Origin: Pelagibacterales bacterium SAG-MED47
GTDB taxonomy: Bacteria; Pseudomonadota; Alphaproteobacteria; Pelagibacterales; Pelagibacteraceae
Assembly (NCBI GenBank): GCA_014653355.1
Contig: JACWEO010000001.1
Coordinates: 12,912 to 76,911, forward strand
Reading direction: 5' to 3'
DNA: 64,000 nucleotides
Numbering within the stretch: position 1 is the stretch's first letter; each line of letters opens with the position of its first letter. The notes below the pieces were generated by a model. That model was not told where the DNA came from, ran no database searches, and was given only the letters and a program-made list of their open reading frames with translations. Below are positions 48,510-59,983 of the stretch, piece by piece. The position numbers and the translations under genes are program-made.

Positions 48510-49343
48510 TTAAATTCTAAATTTTGATTTTTTATTAAGGTATCCATTTAATAACCCTAAAAAACGATGCTTATAAATCAAATGTTTTTTTTTATTAATA
48601 ACAAAAAAAATTATCATTTTTAAAAAAGCTGAAATAAATTTTCCAATTGTTATTTTAAAAGCATATAAAATATTCTTGTGTTTCTTATTAAAATAAAATA
48701 GTGACCACATATAATGCCAATTTCTTTGAATTTCCATTTTTTCTGAATAACTTGGGTCGTGCGATTTACCTGCAAAATGTTTGACATAAATATTAGGAGC
48801 TAGACAAATTTTTTTGTCAAGTAATTTCAATCTTTTACAAAGGTCAATTTCCTCAAGATATAAAAAAAAATTTTCATCAAAATATTCCGAATATTTACAA
48901 TTTAAATTATTTATTAACATTACAAACCCTTTGACATGATCAACTTCTATATAATCTTTTTTAATTTCTTTTTTAATTTCTGAAATTTTATTTGTTTCCC
49001 TAGCTGATATAATGCCCAGATCACTTATACCTTTTGCTATTTCATACATTTTAAAAATAATTTCGGTTTCAACTAAAACATCAGGATTTATATGAAATAT
49101 ATATTTAGAATCAATTTGTTTTGCTCCAATGTTAAAAGCGGAGCCAAAGCCTAGATTTGCCCCTGTTAAAATACACCTTGTGTTTTTTCTTTTTTCCATT
49201 CCCTCTTTAAAGTCATTATTATTTGAATTCTCAACTATTGTAACTTTAAAATTCTCATCAATGTTTGATAAGCATTTTTTGATGATATGATCAGATTTAT
49301 ATGTAATTGTTAAAATTTCTAATTCTTGATATATTTTGTTCAT
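48510..49343 (-). CDS. Glycosyltransferase family 2 (ATG at 49343; the track uses an upstream TTG)
   Basis: IVENS, NLGFGSAFN, INPD, FFLYLEEIDLC, HFAGKS. Confidence 0.85.
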   Translation of the reverse strand: MNKIYQELEILTITYKSDHIIKKCLSNIDENFKVTIVENSNNNDFKEGMEKRKNTRCILTGANLGFGSAFNIGAKQIDSKYIFHINPDVLVETEIIFKMYEIAKGISDLGIISARETNKISEIKKEIKKDYIEVDHVKGFVMLINNLNCKYSEYFDENFFLYLEEIDLCKRLKLLDKKICLAPNIYVKHFAGKSHDPSYSEKMEIQRNWHYMWSLFYFNKKHKNILYAFKITIGKFISAFLKMIIFFVINKKKHLIYKHRFLGLLNGYLNKKSKFRI

Positions 49344-49398
49344 ATTAAATAACAATTATAGTAGAAAATAATAAATATAACATTTTATATAAAAAAAA

Positions 49399-50199
49399 TT
49401 GAATTATAAAAATACATTAACTTTTAAAGCATTTAAGAAAAGTAAATATTTTTCATTAAAGTATATTAATTATTTCCCAATTTATGACACTTTATTAAAA
49501 AAATTTAGAAATAAAAAAATTATATTTGTTGAAATAGGTGTCTTTTCAGGAGGTTCATTGTTTATGTGGAGAAATTTTTTTGGTAAAAAGGCAAAAATAA
49601 TAGGAATAGATTTAAATCCAGATATAAAAAGATTTGAAAAGTATGGATTTGATATAATCTTAGGCGATCAAAGTAGCAATAAATTCTGGAAAAAATTTTT
49701 TCAAAAGTATGGGAAGGTAGATGTTATATTAGATGACGGAGGACATACAAATCATCAACAAATAACTACTGTTAACAATTGTGTTCCGAATGTAAAAGAT
49801 GGTGGTATCCTTATTACTGAAGATGTTCATACAAGTTATATTAGAGATAAGTGGTATAATCCTAGCAAATATTCTTTTATAAATTATTCAAAAAAGTTAA
49901 TTGATGACATCAACACGAGGTATCCAGGAATTAAAAAACAAAAATTTTCACTAAGTAAATATATCTATTCTATTCAAAGCTTTGAATCTCTTACAGTTTT
50001 TAACATAAACCGTAAATTATCTAAGATTAATAGAGAGGTTAGAAATAATAAATTAAGCACAAATCCAAAAGAATTTAGGGCAAGTTTGAATAAAGATAGT
50101 TTTTTTTTTAAAATTAAAAATTTCTTCAATGTAAAAACAAATTTTACTTATTTAGTTTTTTTAATTAATTCATTAAAGTTGAGAAATTTTTTTAAATAA
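49399..50199 (+). CDS. Class I SAM-dependent (sugar O-)methyltransferase; TTG start
   Basis: [39 protein letters not shown]. Confidence 0.78.
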   Translation: MNYKNTLTFKAFKKSKYFSLKYINYFPIYDTLLKKFRNKKIIFVEIGVFSGGSLFMWRNFFGKKAKIIGIDLNPDIKRFEKYGFDIILGDQSSNKFWKKFFQKYGKVDVILDDGGHTNHQQITTVNNCVPNVKDGGILITEDVHTSYIRDKWYNPSKYSFINYSKKLIDDINTRYPGIKKQKFSLSKYIYSIQSFESLTVFNINRKLSKINREVRNNKLSTNPKEFRASLNKDSFFFKIKNFFNVKTNFTYLVFLINSLKLRNFFK

Positions 50200-50201
50200 A
50201 T

Positions 50202-50291
50202 GGAGAGGTGGCCGAGTGGTTGAAGGCGCACGCTTGGAAAGTGTGTAAAGGGGAAACTCTTTCATGGGTTCGAATCCCATTCTCTCCACCA
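50202..50291 (+). tRNA. tRNA-Ser (GGA), CCA encoded
   Basis: Acceptor GGAGAGG/TCTCTCC, anticodon arm CACGC-TTGGAAA-GTGTG, long variable arm, ATGGG-TTCGAAT-CCCAT, ends ACCA. Confidence 0.97.
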
Positions 50292-50301
50292 AAATCTAAA
50301 A

Positions 50302-51156
50302 TTAAAATATCAAACAATTGAAATGTCTTGTCTTACCTGAATTAATAAAAAGTTTTTCAAAGTTTTCAATCTTATCTTTTTTTGGATATTTGTTATCAAG
50401 AACAGATAAATACTTATAATTTTTTTTTAATAGTATAGTTATTTTTTTTGAGTTCTTTTTCTTCATAAAATTGGTGTCGAATTCTATAATTAAAGGCACT
50501 TTTTTTAATATAAATTTATTACCACTTATTAGAACTTTATCTTCAAATCCTTGCACATCTATTTTGATTAATAATCTTTTTAAATTAAATCTTTTTATAA
50601 AATGATTTAATTTAACAATTTTAAATTTATCTTTCTTTTTAGAATTGACTCTAAATTTATTATCTCCAAAATTATTTTTATTTATAGATACAGAAAGTCT
50701 CTCCTTCAATTTATCTGAAATCACATAATCATAGGTGATTATTTTATCACTGACTTCATTTAGAGTAATATTAATATTTAAAATATCATAAATTTTTTTG
50801 ATAGGCTCTATTGCTATACATTTTTTTAACAAACCATCTTTGATCGGCGGTATACAAAAAGTACCTAAATTTGATCCCACATCAATTAAGTAACTTATTT
50901 TTTTATTTAACATAATGTTCGATTTTTTGAATAAATGATAATCATGAGGTCCATTAATATAAGTTTCTCTTGATATAAATTTATCTTTACCAAAGATTAT
51001 GAAATAATATTTGTTATGATAAAGTTTGAATTTACCAGAAAAATATTCAAATTCGATCTTTCTAATTCTTCTAATTTTATTTTTGAGAAAAACTAATATT
51101 TTGATTAAATTAATGACTACAATATTAATGAAATATATGTAAATTTTTTTTATCAT
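50302..51156 (-). CDS. FkbM-family methyltransferase
   Basis: [21 protein letters not shown] motifs. Confidence 0.85.
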   Translation of the reverse strand: MIKKIYIYFINIVVINLIKILVFLKNKIRRIRKIEFEYFSGKFKLYHNKYYFIIFGKDKFISRETYINGPHDYHLFKKSNIMLNKKISYLIDVGSNLGTFCIPPIKDGLLKKCIAIEPIKKIYDILNINITLNEVSDKIITYDYVISDKLKERLSVSINKNNFGDNKFRVNSKKKDKFKIVKLNHFIKRFNLKRLLIKIDVQGFEDKVLISGNKFILKKVPLIIEFDTNFMKKKNSKKITILLKKNYKYLSVLDNKYPKKDKIENFEKLFINSGKTRHFNCLIF

Positions 51157-51233
51157 TTTTATCTGTGAATATTTAATCTATATATAACTTTCAATTTATT
51201 AACATAATGATATAATAATATTTTCTTATATAA

Positions 51234-53291
<2,058 letters not shown>

Positions 53292-53293
53292 AA

Positions 53294-54574
53294 ATGAAGT
53301 TTTTTGAGACTTCTAAATACTATTCTTTAAAAAAATCAACATATATCACACTTAGATGGATTGGTGTAATTGGTCAGTTTATTTCTGTAAATTTTATTTA
53401 TTTTTATTTTGGATTTGAATTTGATTTTATTTCAGCAAATATTACTATTTTGATTGGAATCATAACAAATCTCTATTTAATATTTATTTACGACAAAACC
53501 CAATTATCAGATAGATCTAGCTTAATCTTTTTATTGATTGATATATTTCAACTTGGGGTACTAATTTACTTAACTGGTGGAATAGTTAATCCATTTGTAA
53601 TTTTTTTGATTATTCCAAGTGTCTTTGCATCATCAAATTTAGGTTTGAGAACAAATGTGTTATTAATTTTAGTAACATCATTGATAATTGTAATATTAAC
53701 TTTTTTTTCTAAGGACTTACCTTCACCTTTGAACGATCATTTTCATGTAAGCCCATATTATTATTATTCAATTCCTATAGCTTTAGTTATTGCGTTAATT
53801 TTTTTAAATTGTTTTGCAATCATTTTTGGTTCACAATCAAGATTAAGAAAAGAAGCATTAAATAAAATGGAGGAAGTAATGGCAAAAGAACATGAAATGT
53901 TATCTTTAGGTGGTCAAGCTGCAGCAGCAGCCCATTCTCTGGGGACTCCATTGTCTACTATAAAAATAATTTCTCAAGAGTTAAAAGAACAGTTCAAAGA
54001 TCAAAAAGATTTATCTCAAGATATAGAGCTGTTATCAAGTCAGGTAGAGAGATGCAATCAAATCCTTACTAGATTAACCTTGAACCCAAATCATGAAGAT
54101 GAATTTATTGATGAAAATTTTAGTTTTAGAGATTATTTAAATGAAATAGTTTTGTCTTTTAAAGAAACAAGTTCTAAAAATTTTGTTTTAAATTTTGATC
54201 AAGACACAAATTTGAAAAAAATGACGAAGTCAGCAGAAATAGTTTATGGATTAAGAAATTTTATTGGAAATGCTAATAAATTTAGCTTTAAAAAAGTATT
54301 TATAACACTTAAAAGCAACAATGAGAAAATTGAGGTTATAATAGAAGATGATGGAAATGGTTATCCTAATGATATTTTATCAAAAATAGGGGAACCATAT
54401 TTAAATTCTGATAACAAATTAAATGATAAAAAATCTGGCTTAGGTCTTGGAATATTTATAGGAAAAAATTTACTTGAAAAGAATTTTGCATCGATTAATT
54501 GTAGAAATTCAAAGACTAGAGGCGGGGCAGAAGTTGTTATTTCGTGGAAGAATGAAGACTTTAATAAGATTTAA
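53294..54574 (+). CDS. regB: RegB/PrrB/ActS-family redox sensor histidine kinase
   Basis: TGGIVNPF quinone-binding motif, [13 protein letters not shown]-box, conserved Cys (ERCNQIL), NFIGNA, DDGNG, GLGLG. Confidence 0.9.
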   Translation: MKFFETSKYYSLKKSTYITLRWIGVIGQFISVNFIYFYFGFEFDFISANITILIGIITNLYLIFIYDKTQLSDRSSLIFLLIDIFQLGVLIYLTGGIVNPFVIFLIIPSVFASSNLGLRTNVLLILVTSLIIVILTFFSKDLPSPLNDHFHVSPYYYYSIPIALVIALIFLNCFAIIFGSQSRLRKEALNKMEEVMAKEHEMLSLGGQAAAAAHSLGTPLSTIKIISQELKEQFKDQKDLSQDIELLSSQVERCNQILTRLTLNPNHEDEFIDENFSFRDYLNEIVLSFKETSSKNFVLNFDQDTNLKKMTKSAEIVYGLRNFIGNANKFSFKKVFITLKSNNEKIEVIIEDDGNGYPNDILSKIGEPYLNSDNKLNDKKSGLGLGIFIGKNLLEKNFASINCRNSKTRGGAEVVISWKNEDFNKI

Positions 54575-56379
54575 TGTAATCTTTTTTTATTATCAAATAG
54601 TGAACTTAACTGAGATATCATCACATCTCCTAATTCATTTACATCTGTAATTTTAATTGCCTTATTATAGTATCTCGAAACATCGTGGCCAATTCCTACA
54701 GCTAAAATTTCGGTTTCTGTCTTGTCTTCAATGAATTTAACTACCTTTTTTAAATGTTTCTCTAAAAAATCCCCAGAATTTACTGACAATGTAGAGTCAT
54801 CGACGGGAGCACCATCAGAAATAACCATTAGTATCTTTCTTTCCTCTTTCCTTTTTTTTAATCTATTAAATGCCCACAATATTGCTTCTCCGTCTATATT
54901 TTCCTTCAACAATCCTTCTTTAAGCATTAATCCTAAATTATTTTTTGCTTGTCTCCATTGAGTATCGGCACTTTTATAAACGATGTGTCTTAAATCATTT
55001 AATCTTCCAGGTTTTTTTGGCTTACCTTTTTTGTTCCATTCTTCCCTATTAGCACCACCTTTCCAATTTTTTGTAGTAAAACCTAATATTTCAACTTTAA
55101 CCGAACATCTTTCCAAGGTTCTAGATAAAATATCTGCGCAAATTGCTGCTATAGTGATTGGCCTCCCTCTCATGGATCCGGAATTATCTATAAGTAATGT
55201 TACTACAGTATCTTTAAAGTCTAAATCTTTTTCTTTTTTGAATGATAAAGAATTATAAGGATCCATAATAATTCTAGTTAATTTTGAACTATCTAATAAA
55301 CCTTCCTCTAAATCAAATTCCCAAGAACGATTTTGTTTTGCTAATAATTGTCTCTGGAGTTTATTAGCAAGTTTTGTAATAACATCTTGAAAACCTATTA
55401 ACTGCTGATCTAAAGTTTTTCTTAATTTTATAGCTTCATCAAAGTTTTCTAAATTCTCCGCTTTGATAGTCTCATCAAAAAGACTTGTAAAAATTTTATA
55501 TTCTAGGCTTAAATCACTAATATTCTTTTTATGGATAACCTGTTCATTATTCTCTTTGGTAGAGTCTGTATCAATAAGTTCTTCATTTAATTCATAATCA
55601 TCAATATTAAAATTTGAGTCTAAGCTAGCCTCATTTTCTTGGTCTTTATTTTGGTCTTCCTTATCCTCTGAACTACTTTCTTGGTCATCGTTAGATGGAT
55701 TGTTTTTGTCGTCTGCTTGATTTTCTTCCTTAGCTTCCTCGTTTTGATCATTTTCAAATATTTCCATCTTTTGCAAAATTTCTGAAAATTTAGAGGAGTA
55801 TTTATCTTGAAACTCTAAGTTATCTCTTAAAAATTCGATATGCTCTTCAATTGCTTTATCAAAATCTTTTACCCAAAAACTTAGAATTTCATTTGTTAAA
55901 GAATTAAGTTTTAGATTATGAAAATTTTTAAGCATATAAATTTCGAATGCTTCAACAACTGAAACATCATCTTTATTTTTGAGTTTATCTTTTCTTTTTG
56001 AGTCAAGTTGTTGATTATAATTTTCATTTAAATTTTTTTTAATTCCTTTAAGCATTTTTGATCCTAGTGATTCATATCTAATTCTTTCAGCAATTGTATA
56101 GAGTGACTTACATGAAGAATTTAAAGGTAAATTTTTTTTAAAAATTTCTTTATTAGAGAATTTTTTCTTTAAAGCTGAAGAGTCTGAGTTGGCTCTTGCT
56201 TTTATAAAATCACTTCTTGAGCTTAAGTCCTCTAAATCAATTGACTCAAATTTTATTAGGTTCTTATCTTGATTTACATTTTTTTTATATTCAATATCAT
56301 CGGAAATAACTCTTTCTGTAGAAACTAAAGCCTCTCTGAGTCTTTCTTTAAAGTTATTTTCTTTAGTTTTGTTACCCAT
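54571..56379 (-). CDS. cobT: CobT-like VWA protein (cobaltochelatase subunit family)
   Basis: Acidic linker, [13 protein letters not shown] (MIDAS), [24 protein letters not shown]. Confidence 0.9.
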   Translation of the reverse strand: MGNKTKENNFKERLREALVSTERVISDDIEYKKNVNQDKNLIKFESIDLEDLSSRSDFIKARANSDSSALKKKFSNKEIFKKNLPLNSSCKSLYTIAERIRYESLGSKMLKGIKKNLNENYNQQLDSKRKDKLKNKDDVSVVEAFEIYMLKNFHNLKLNSLTNEILSFWVKDFDKAIEEHIEFLRDNLEFQDKYSSKFSEILQKMEIFENDQNEEAKEENQADDKNNPSNDDQESSSEDKEDQNKDQENEASLDSNFNIDDYELNEELIDTDSTKENNEQVIHKKNISDLSLEYKIFTSLFDETIKAENLENFDEAIKLRKTLDQQLIGFQDVITKLANKLQRQLLAKQNRSWEFDLEEGLLDSSKLTRIIMDPYNSLSFKKEKDLDFKDTVVTLLIDNSGSMRGRPITIAAICADILSRTLERCSVKVEILGFTTKNWKGGANREEWNKKGKPKKPGRLNDLRHIVYKSADTQWRQAKNNLGLMLKEGLLKENIDGEAILWAFNRLKKRKEERKILMVISDGAPVDDSTLSVNSGDFLEKHLKKVVKFIEDKTETEILAVGIGHDVSRYYNKAIKITDVNELGDVMISQLSSLFDNKKRLH

Positions 56380-57354
56380 TTATATCTGAACATTTACTAA
56401 AGACTCTGGTAAATCTTCTCCAAAACATCTTTGATAATATTCAGCAATAGTATTTTTTTCGATATCATCACATTTATTTAAAAATGTGACTCTAAACGCA
56501 TACCCAATATCTTTGAATATTTCTACATTTTCTGCCCAATGCAATACTGTTCTCGGACTCATCACTGTTGAAATATCACCTGCAGCAAAACCTTTTCTTG
56601 TTAAAGATGCAACTTTAATCATGTTAGAAACTTTTTCTTTACCTTTTTGATTATTAAGATTTTTATTTTTAGCCAAAATTATTTCCATTTCCTTTTCTAA
56701 ACTAAGATAATTAAGTGTAGTAACTATATTCCATCTGTCCATTTGTCCTTGATTTATTTGTTGAGTTCCATGATACAAACCAGTTGTATCCCCTAAACCT
56801 ATTGTATTTGAGGTAGCAAATAATCTAAAAAATTTATTTTGGTTAATAACTCTATTTTTATCGAGAAGTGTGAAATTACCTTCTGCCTCAAGAACCCTTT
56901 GAATGACAAACATAACGTCAGGCCTACCAGCGTCATATTCATCGAAGACTAAAGCAATTGGGTTTTGAATCGACCAAGGTAAAATTCCCTCATTAAATTT
57001 TGTTATTTGCTTACCGTCTTTTAAGACTATTGCATCTTTTCCTATTAGGTCAATTCTACTAATGTGGCTGTCGAGATTAACTCTGATACACGGCCAGTTT
57101 AGTCTGGCAGCTATTTGTTCTATATGGGTTGATTTACCTGTTCCATGATATCCTTGTATCAAAACTCTTTTGTTAAATGCAAAACCTGAAATAATTGCCA
57201 AGGTAGTATCTTTATCGAATTTATAGTTTTTATCTATTTCAGGTACATACTCATTTTTTTTTGAGAAAGCATCTACCTCCATTTCAGAGTCGATCCCAAA
57301 AGTCTGTTTAATTGATACCTTAATATCAGGCTGAATATTTAAATTATTTGTCAA
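56380..57354 (-). CDS. cobS: CobS-like AAA+ ATPase; TTG start
   Basis: GYHGTGKSTHIEQ, RVNLDSHISRIDL, FDEYDAGRPD, QGQMDRW. Confidence 0.92.
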   Translation of the reverse strand: MTNNLNIQPDIKVSIKQTFGIDSEMEVDAFSKKNEYVPEIDKNYKFDKDTTLAIISGFAFNKRVLIQGYHGTGKSTHIEQIAARLNWPCIRVNLDSHISRIDLIGKDAIVLKDGKQITKFNEGILPWSIQNPIALVFDEYDAGRPDVMFVIQRVLEAEGNFTLLDKNRVINQNKFFRLFATSNTIGLGDTTGLYHGTQQINQGQMDRWNIVTTLNYLSLEKEMEIILAKNKNLNNQKGKEKVSNMIKVASLTRKGFAAGDISTVMSPRTVLHWAENVEIFKDIGYAFRVTFLNKCDDIEKNTIAEYYQRCFGEDLPESLVNVQI

Positions 57355-57871
57355 TTTTTTCTTTATAAGTATTTTTTAATTGAGTATAAGCTAAAGTAAT
57401 CAATTTTAGTTTTTCCTCATATTTTTTATTTCCAGAATTCATATCAGGGTGAAATTTTTTGACAAGGACTTTGAATTTTTCTTGAACTTTTTGCCATTTT
57501 AACCCCACAGAAATACCTAAAATACCAAAAGCTTTTATATCCTTATGATCAAAATTAAATTGACGCATATGGTTAAAAGTACCTTTAAATTTATCTTTAT
57601 CTAATTCGTCTTTAAGTGTGTTATTCCATAAGACTTTGAAAAAATTATCCGAAGAACTAAAACTTTGGGTAGGTTTGTGCCATAGCATATCTGATTTTAA
57701 AAAATTAATAACTTGTTCATCATTCATACCAGCAAAATAATTCCAGTTTTTATTAAACTCTTTAACATGTTCCAAACACAACATTCTAAATTTTTTGCTA
57801 TTATCTTTCTCAATAGGTGCTTTATATTCACCTATTTCTTTACAATTATTCCAATCACAAATATTCTTCAT
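57344..57871 (-). CDS. J-domain protein with an N-terminal Cys/His domain
   Basis: C-terminal KFHPDMN J-domain; N-terminal CDWNNC...CLEH; sits upstream of cobS. Confidence 0.85.
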   Translation of the reverse strand: MKNICDWNNCKEIGEYKAPIEKDNSKKFRMLCLEHVKEFNKNWNYFAGMNDEQVINFLKSDMLWHKPTQSFSSSDNFFKVLWNNTLKDELDKDKFKGTFNHMRQFNFDHKDIKAFGILGISVGLKWQKVQEKFKVLVKKFHPDMNSGNKKYEEKLKLITLAYTQLKNTYKEKIDK

Positions 57872-57892
57872 GATATGATATATATATTATAA

Positions 57893-58153
57893 ATGAATAT
57901 TAACGAATTAATAATTATAGTTAAAAAAAAACTAGGAGATAGAATTATTATTGAAAATATATTAATTGAAGATAAGTCATTTCTTCATAAAAATCATCCT
58001 GGAAATCAAATAAATAAATTTCATTTAAAGCTATCGATTAAATCAAATGAATTAAAAAAAATGAATAAAGTTGAAAGTTACAAAAAAATACATAAAATTT
58101 TGCATAAAGAATTAAAAGATTTCATACATTCTTTACAAATTTTAATTCACTAA
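57893..58153 (+). CDS. bolA: BolA-family protein
   Basis: EDKSFLHKNH, FHLKLSI, IHSLQI pattern. Confidence 0.8.
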   Translation: MNINELIIIVKKKLGDRIIIENILIEDKSFLHKNHPGNQINKFHLKLSIKSNELKKMNKVESYKKIHKILHKELKDFIHSLQILIH

Positions 58154-59248
58154 TTCTTTTTTTAAAAATAATTTCAAATTTTTTTTACTATAGTTCTTAT
58201 TTATTTCAGGTGTGCCTATTCTTTTTAATAGTATAAGATTTATCTTATCGGAAGTATTTTTTTTATCTTTTTGCATAAAGGAAATTATTTTATTCAAATG
58301 TTTTGTGGAAAATTTTTTTTTTAGATCATTCGGTAATTTTGAAATCTTAATATGATTAATTATTGACTTATATTCATGATTTTCTAATAATTTTTCTTTT
58401 AAACTAAAATTTAATGCTGATTTCATTCCCAACAATACAGCTTCTCCGTGATTTAACTTCTTTGAATAACCAAGAGTTGCCTCATAGGCATGGGCAAATG
58501 TATGACCAAAATTTAATATTTTTCTAAAGTTTTTTTCTTTTTCATCTTTTTCAACTACTTTTTTTTTAATTCTACAACTTTCAGTTATTACCTTTTCAAT
58601 GAAAGGTGACTCTAATTTTAAAATACTAGAAATATTTATATTCAAATATTTATAAAAATTTTTGTTTGCAATTAGGGAATGTTTTAATATCTCACCATAA
58701 CCACATATTATTTCTCTGGGAGGTAAAGTTTTCAAAAAGTTGCTATCACTAATTACTAACTTAGGTTGATAAAAAGTTCCAATAAGATTCTTACCGTATT
58801 TAGTATTAACACCTGTCTTTCCTCCAATACATGAATCAACTTGAGCTAATAAAGTTGTAGGTAGATTAATGAATTGCATACCTCTTTTAAAAAGGCTTGC
58901 AACAAAACCACCCAAATCACCTGTAATACCTCCTCCAACAGAAATTAAACAATCTTCTCTTGAAAAATCTTTCAATAACAATTTATCAAGAATTTTATTC
59001 GCTATTCTTTGATTTTTATTTTTTTCATTAGCATCAATAAAATAGATAATTGTTTCCTTATTTTTAAAAGATTTTTTAATTTTATTAATTTGATTTTTTG
59101 GAATATTCTTATCTATAATTAAAAAGCACTTATTAAATCGAATTGAATTTTCTTTAATTATAATATTCAACTTTGAAATCAAATTTGAACCAATTATTAT
59201 TGGATATTTTTGAGTCTTAGTATTAATTTTTATCTTTGTAGATTTCAT
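58142..59248 (-). CDS. aroB: 3-dehydroquinate synthase
   Basis: VGGGITGDLGGF, PTTLLAQVDS, GGKTGVN, KNLIGTFYQP, LNFGHTFAHA. Confidence 0.96.
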   Translation of the reverse strand: MKSTKIKINTKTQKYPIIIGSNLISKLNIIIKENSIRFNKCFLIIDKNIPKNQINKIKKSFKNKETIIYFIDANEKNKNQRIANKILDKLLLKDFSREDCLISVGGGITGDLGGFVASLFKRGMQFINLPTTLLAQVDSCIGGKTGVNTKYGKNLIGTFYQPKLVISDSNFLKTLPPREIICGYGEILKHSLIANKNFYKYLNINISSILKLESPFIEKVITESCRIKKKVVEKDEKEKNFRKILNFGHTFAHAYEATLGYSKKLNHGEAVLLGMKSALNFSLKEKLLENHEYKSIINHIKISKLPNDLKKKFSTKHLNKIISFMQKDKKNTSDKINLILLKRIGTPEINKNYSKKNLKLFLKKELVN

Positions 59249-59747
59249 CGATTTTTAATATTTTGTTAACTATTTCTGTTTTAGTTAAATTATTACAATT
59301 AACTTTATACAATGCTTTTGAATAGATGTTAGAACGTTTTTTAATTAAAATTAAAAGTTCTTCTCTACTAACATTAAAAGCCAAGGGTCTTTTTAAGCTA
59401 TTCCTAATTCTATTAATCAAAACTTTACTATCACAATTTAACCAAAAAGATATATGATTCATTAAAACTTCTTTTCTTATATTTTTATTTAAAAAACCCC
59501 CTCCACCTAAAGAAATAACAATACCCTTTTTTTTTAACGTATTTAAAGTTATCTTTTCTTCAATCAGTCTAAAATACTCCTCACCTTTATTTAGAAATAT
59601 TTCTGAAATTTTCATTTTCATTTTATTTTCTATGACATTATCTATGTCAAAAAAGTTTAGTTTAAGTTGTTTGGAAACTAATTTACCAATCGAAGTCTTT
59701 CCTGACCCCATCATCCCTAAAAAAACAATATTTTTTTTTGATTCCAT
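59223..59747 (-). CDS. aroK: Shikimate kinase (start reassigned to the ATG at 59747)
   Basis: GMMGSGKTS P-loop, FFDID, FRLIE, SLGGGG, RPL. Confidence 0.93.
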   Translation of the reverse strand: MESKKNIVFLGMMGSGKTSIGKLVSKQLKLNFFDIDNVIENKMKMKISEIFLNKGEEYFRLIEEKITLNTLKKKGIVISLGGGGFLNKNIRKEVLMNHISFWLNCDSKVLINRIRNSLKRPLAFNVSREELLILIKKRSNIYSKALYKVNCNNLTKTEIVNKILKIDEIYKDKN

Positions 59748-59803
59748 AAGTTCTCTATTGAAAAAACACAAATATGTCTTAATTTGAAATTAACTAAAAC
59801 TAT

Positions 59804-59983
59804 ATGCAATTTATTAAAAAAACAAGTTCGAGAATGACTATTCTTGGTTTGATAATAAAATCGGCTTTAGTTTTAGTTATAATTCTTGGAATTGTTTTTT
59901 TACTTAATAAAATAGATTTTCCTGCACCAAAAAAAGAAATTGAAAAAATAATTCCAAATGAAAATTTTAAAATTATTAAATAA
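59804..59983 (+). CDS. 59-aa single-TM small protein (absent from the ORF track)
   Basis: MQFIKKTSSRMTILGLIIKSALVLVIILGIVFLLNKIDFPAPKKEIEKIIPNENFKIIK*; overlaps the next gene by 26 nt. Confidence 0.75.
   Translation: MQFIKKTSSRMTILGLIIKSALVLVIILGIVFLLNKIDFPAPKKEIEKIIPNENFKIIK

Larger units (their letters stand above)
45345..51156. other. Hypervariable surface-glycan cassette around tRNA-Ser between lepA and gyrB
   Basis: Two GTs, a dehydratase and three methyltransferases in mixed orientation; looks more AT-rich than the flanking core genes (by eye, not computed). Confidence 0.75.

Noticed and set aside
55615-55760. Low-complexity acidic segment as an insertion or repeat
   Set aside because: It is the acidic linker normally found in CobT-family proteins.
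54571-57354. Evidence of cobalamin biosynthesis
   Set aside because: Only cobS/cobT-like genes are present; the catalytic CobN and all other cob genes are absent from the window.
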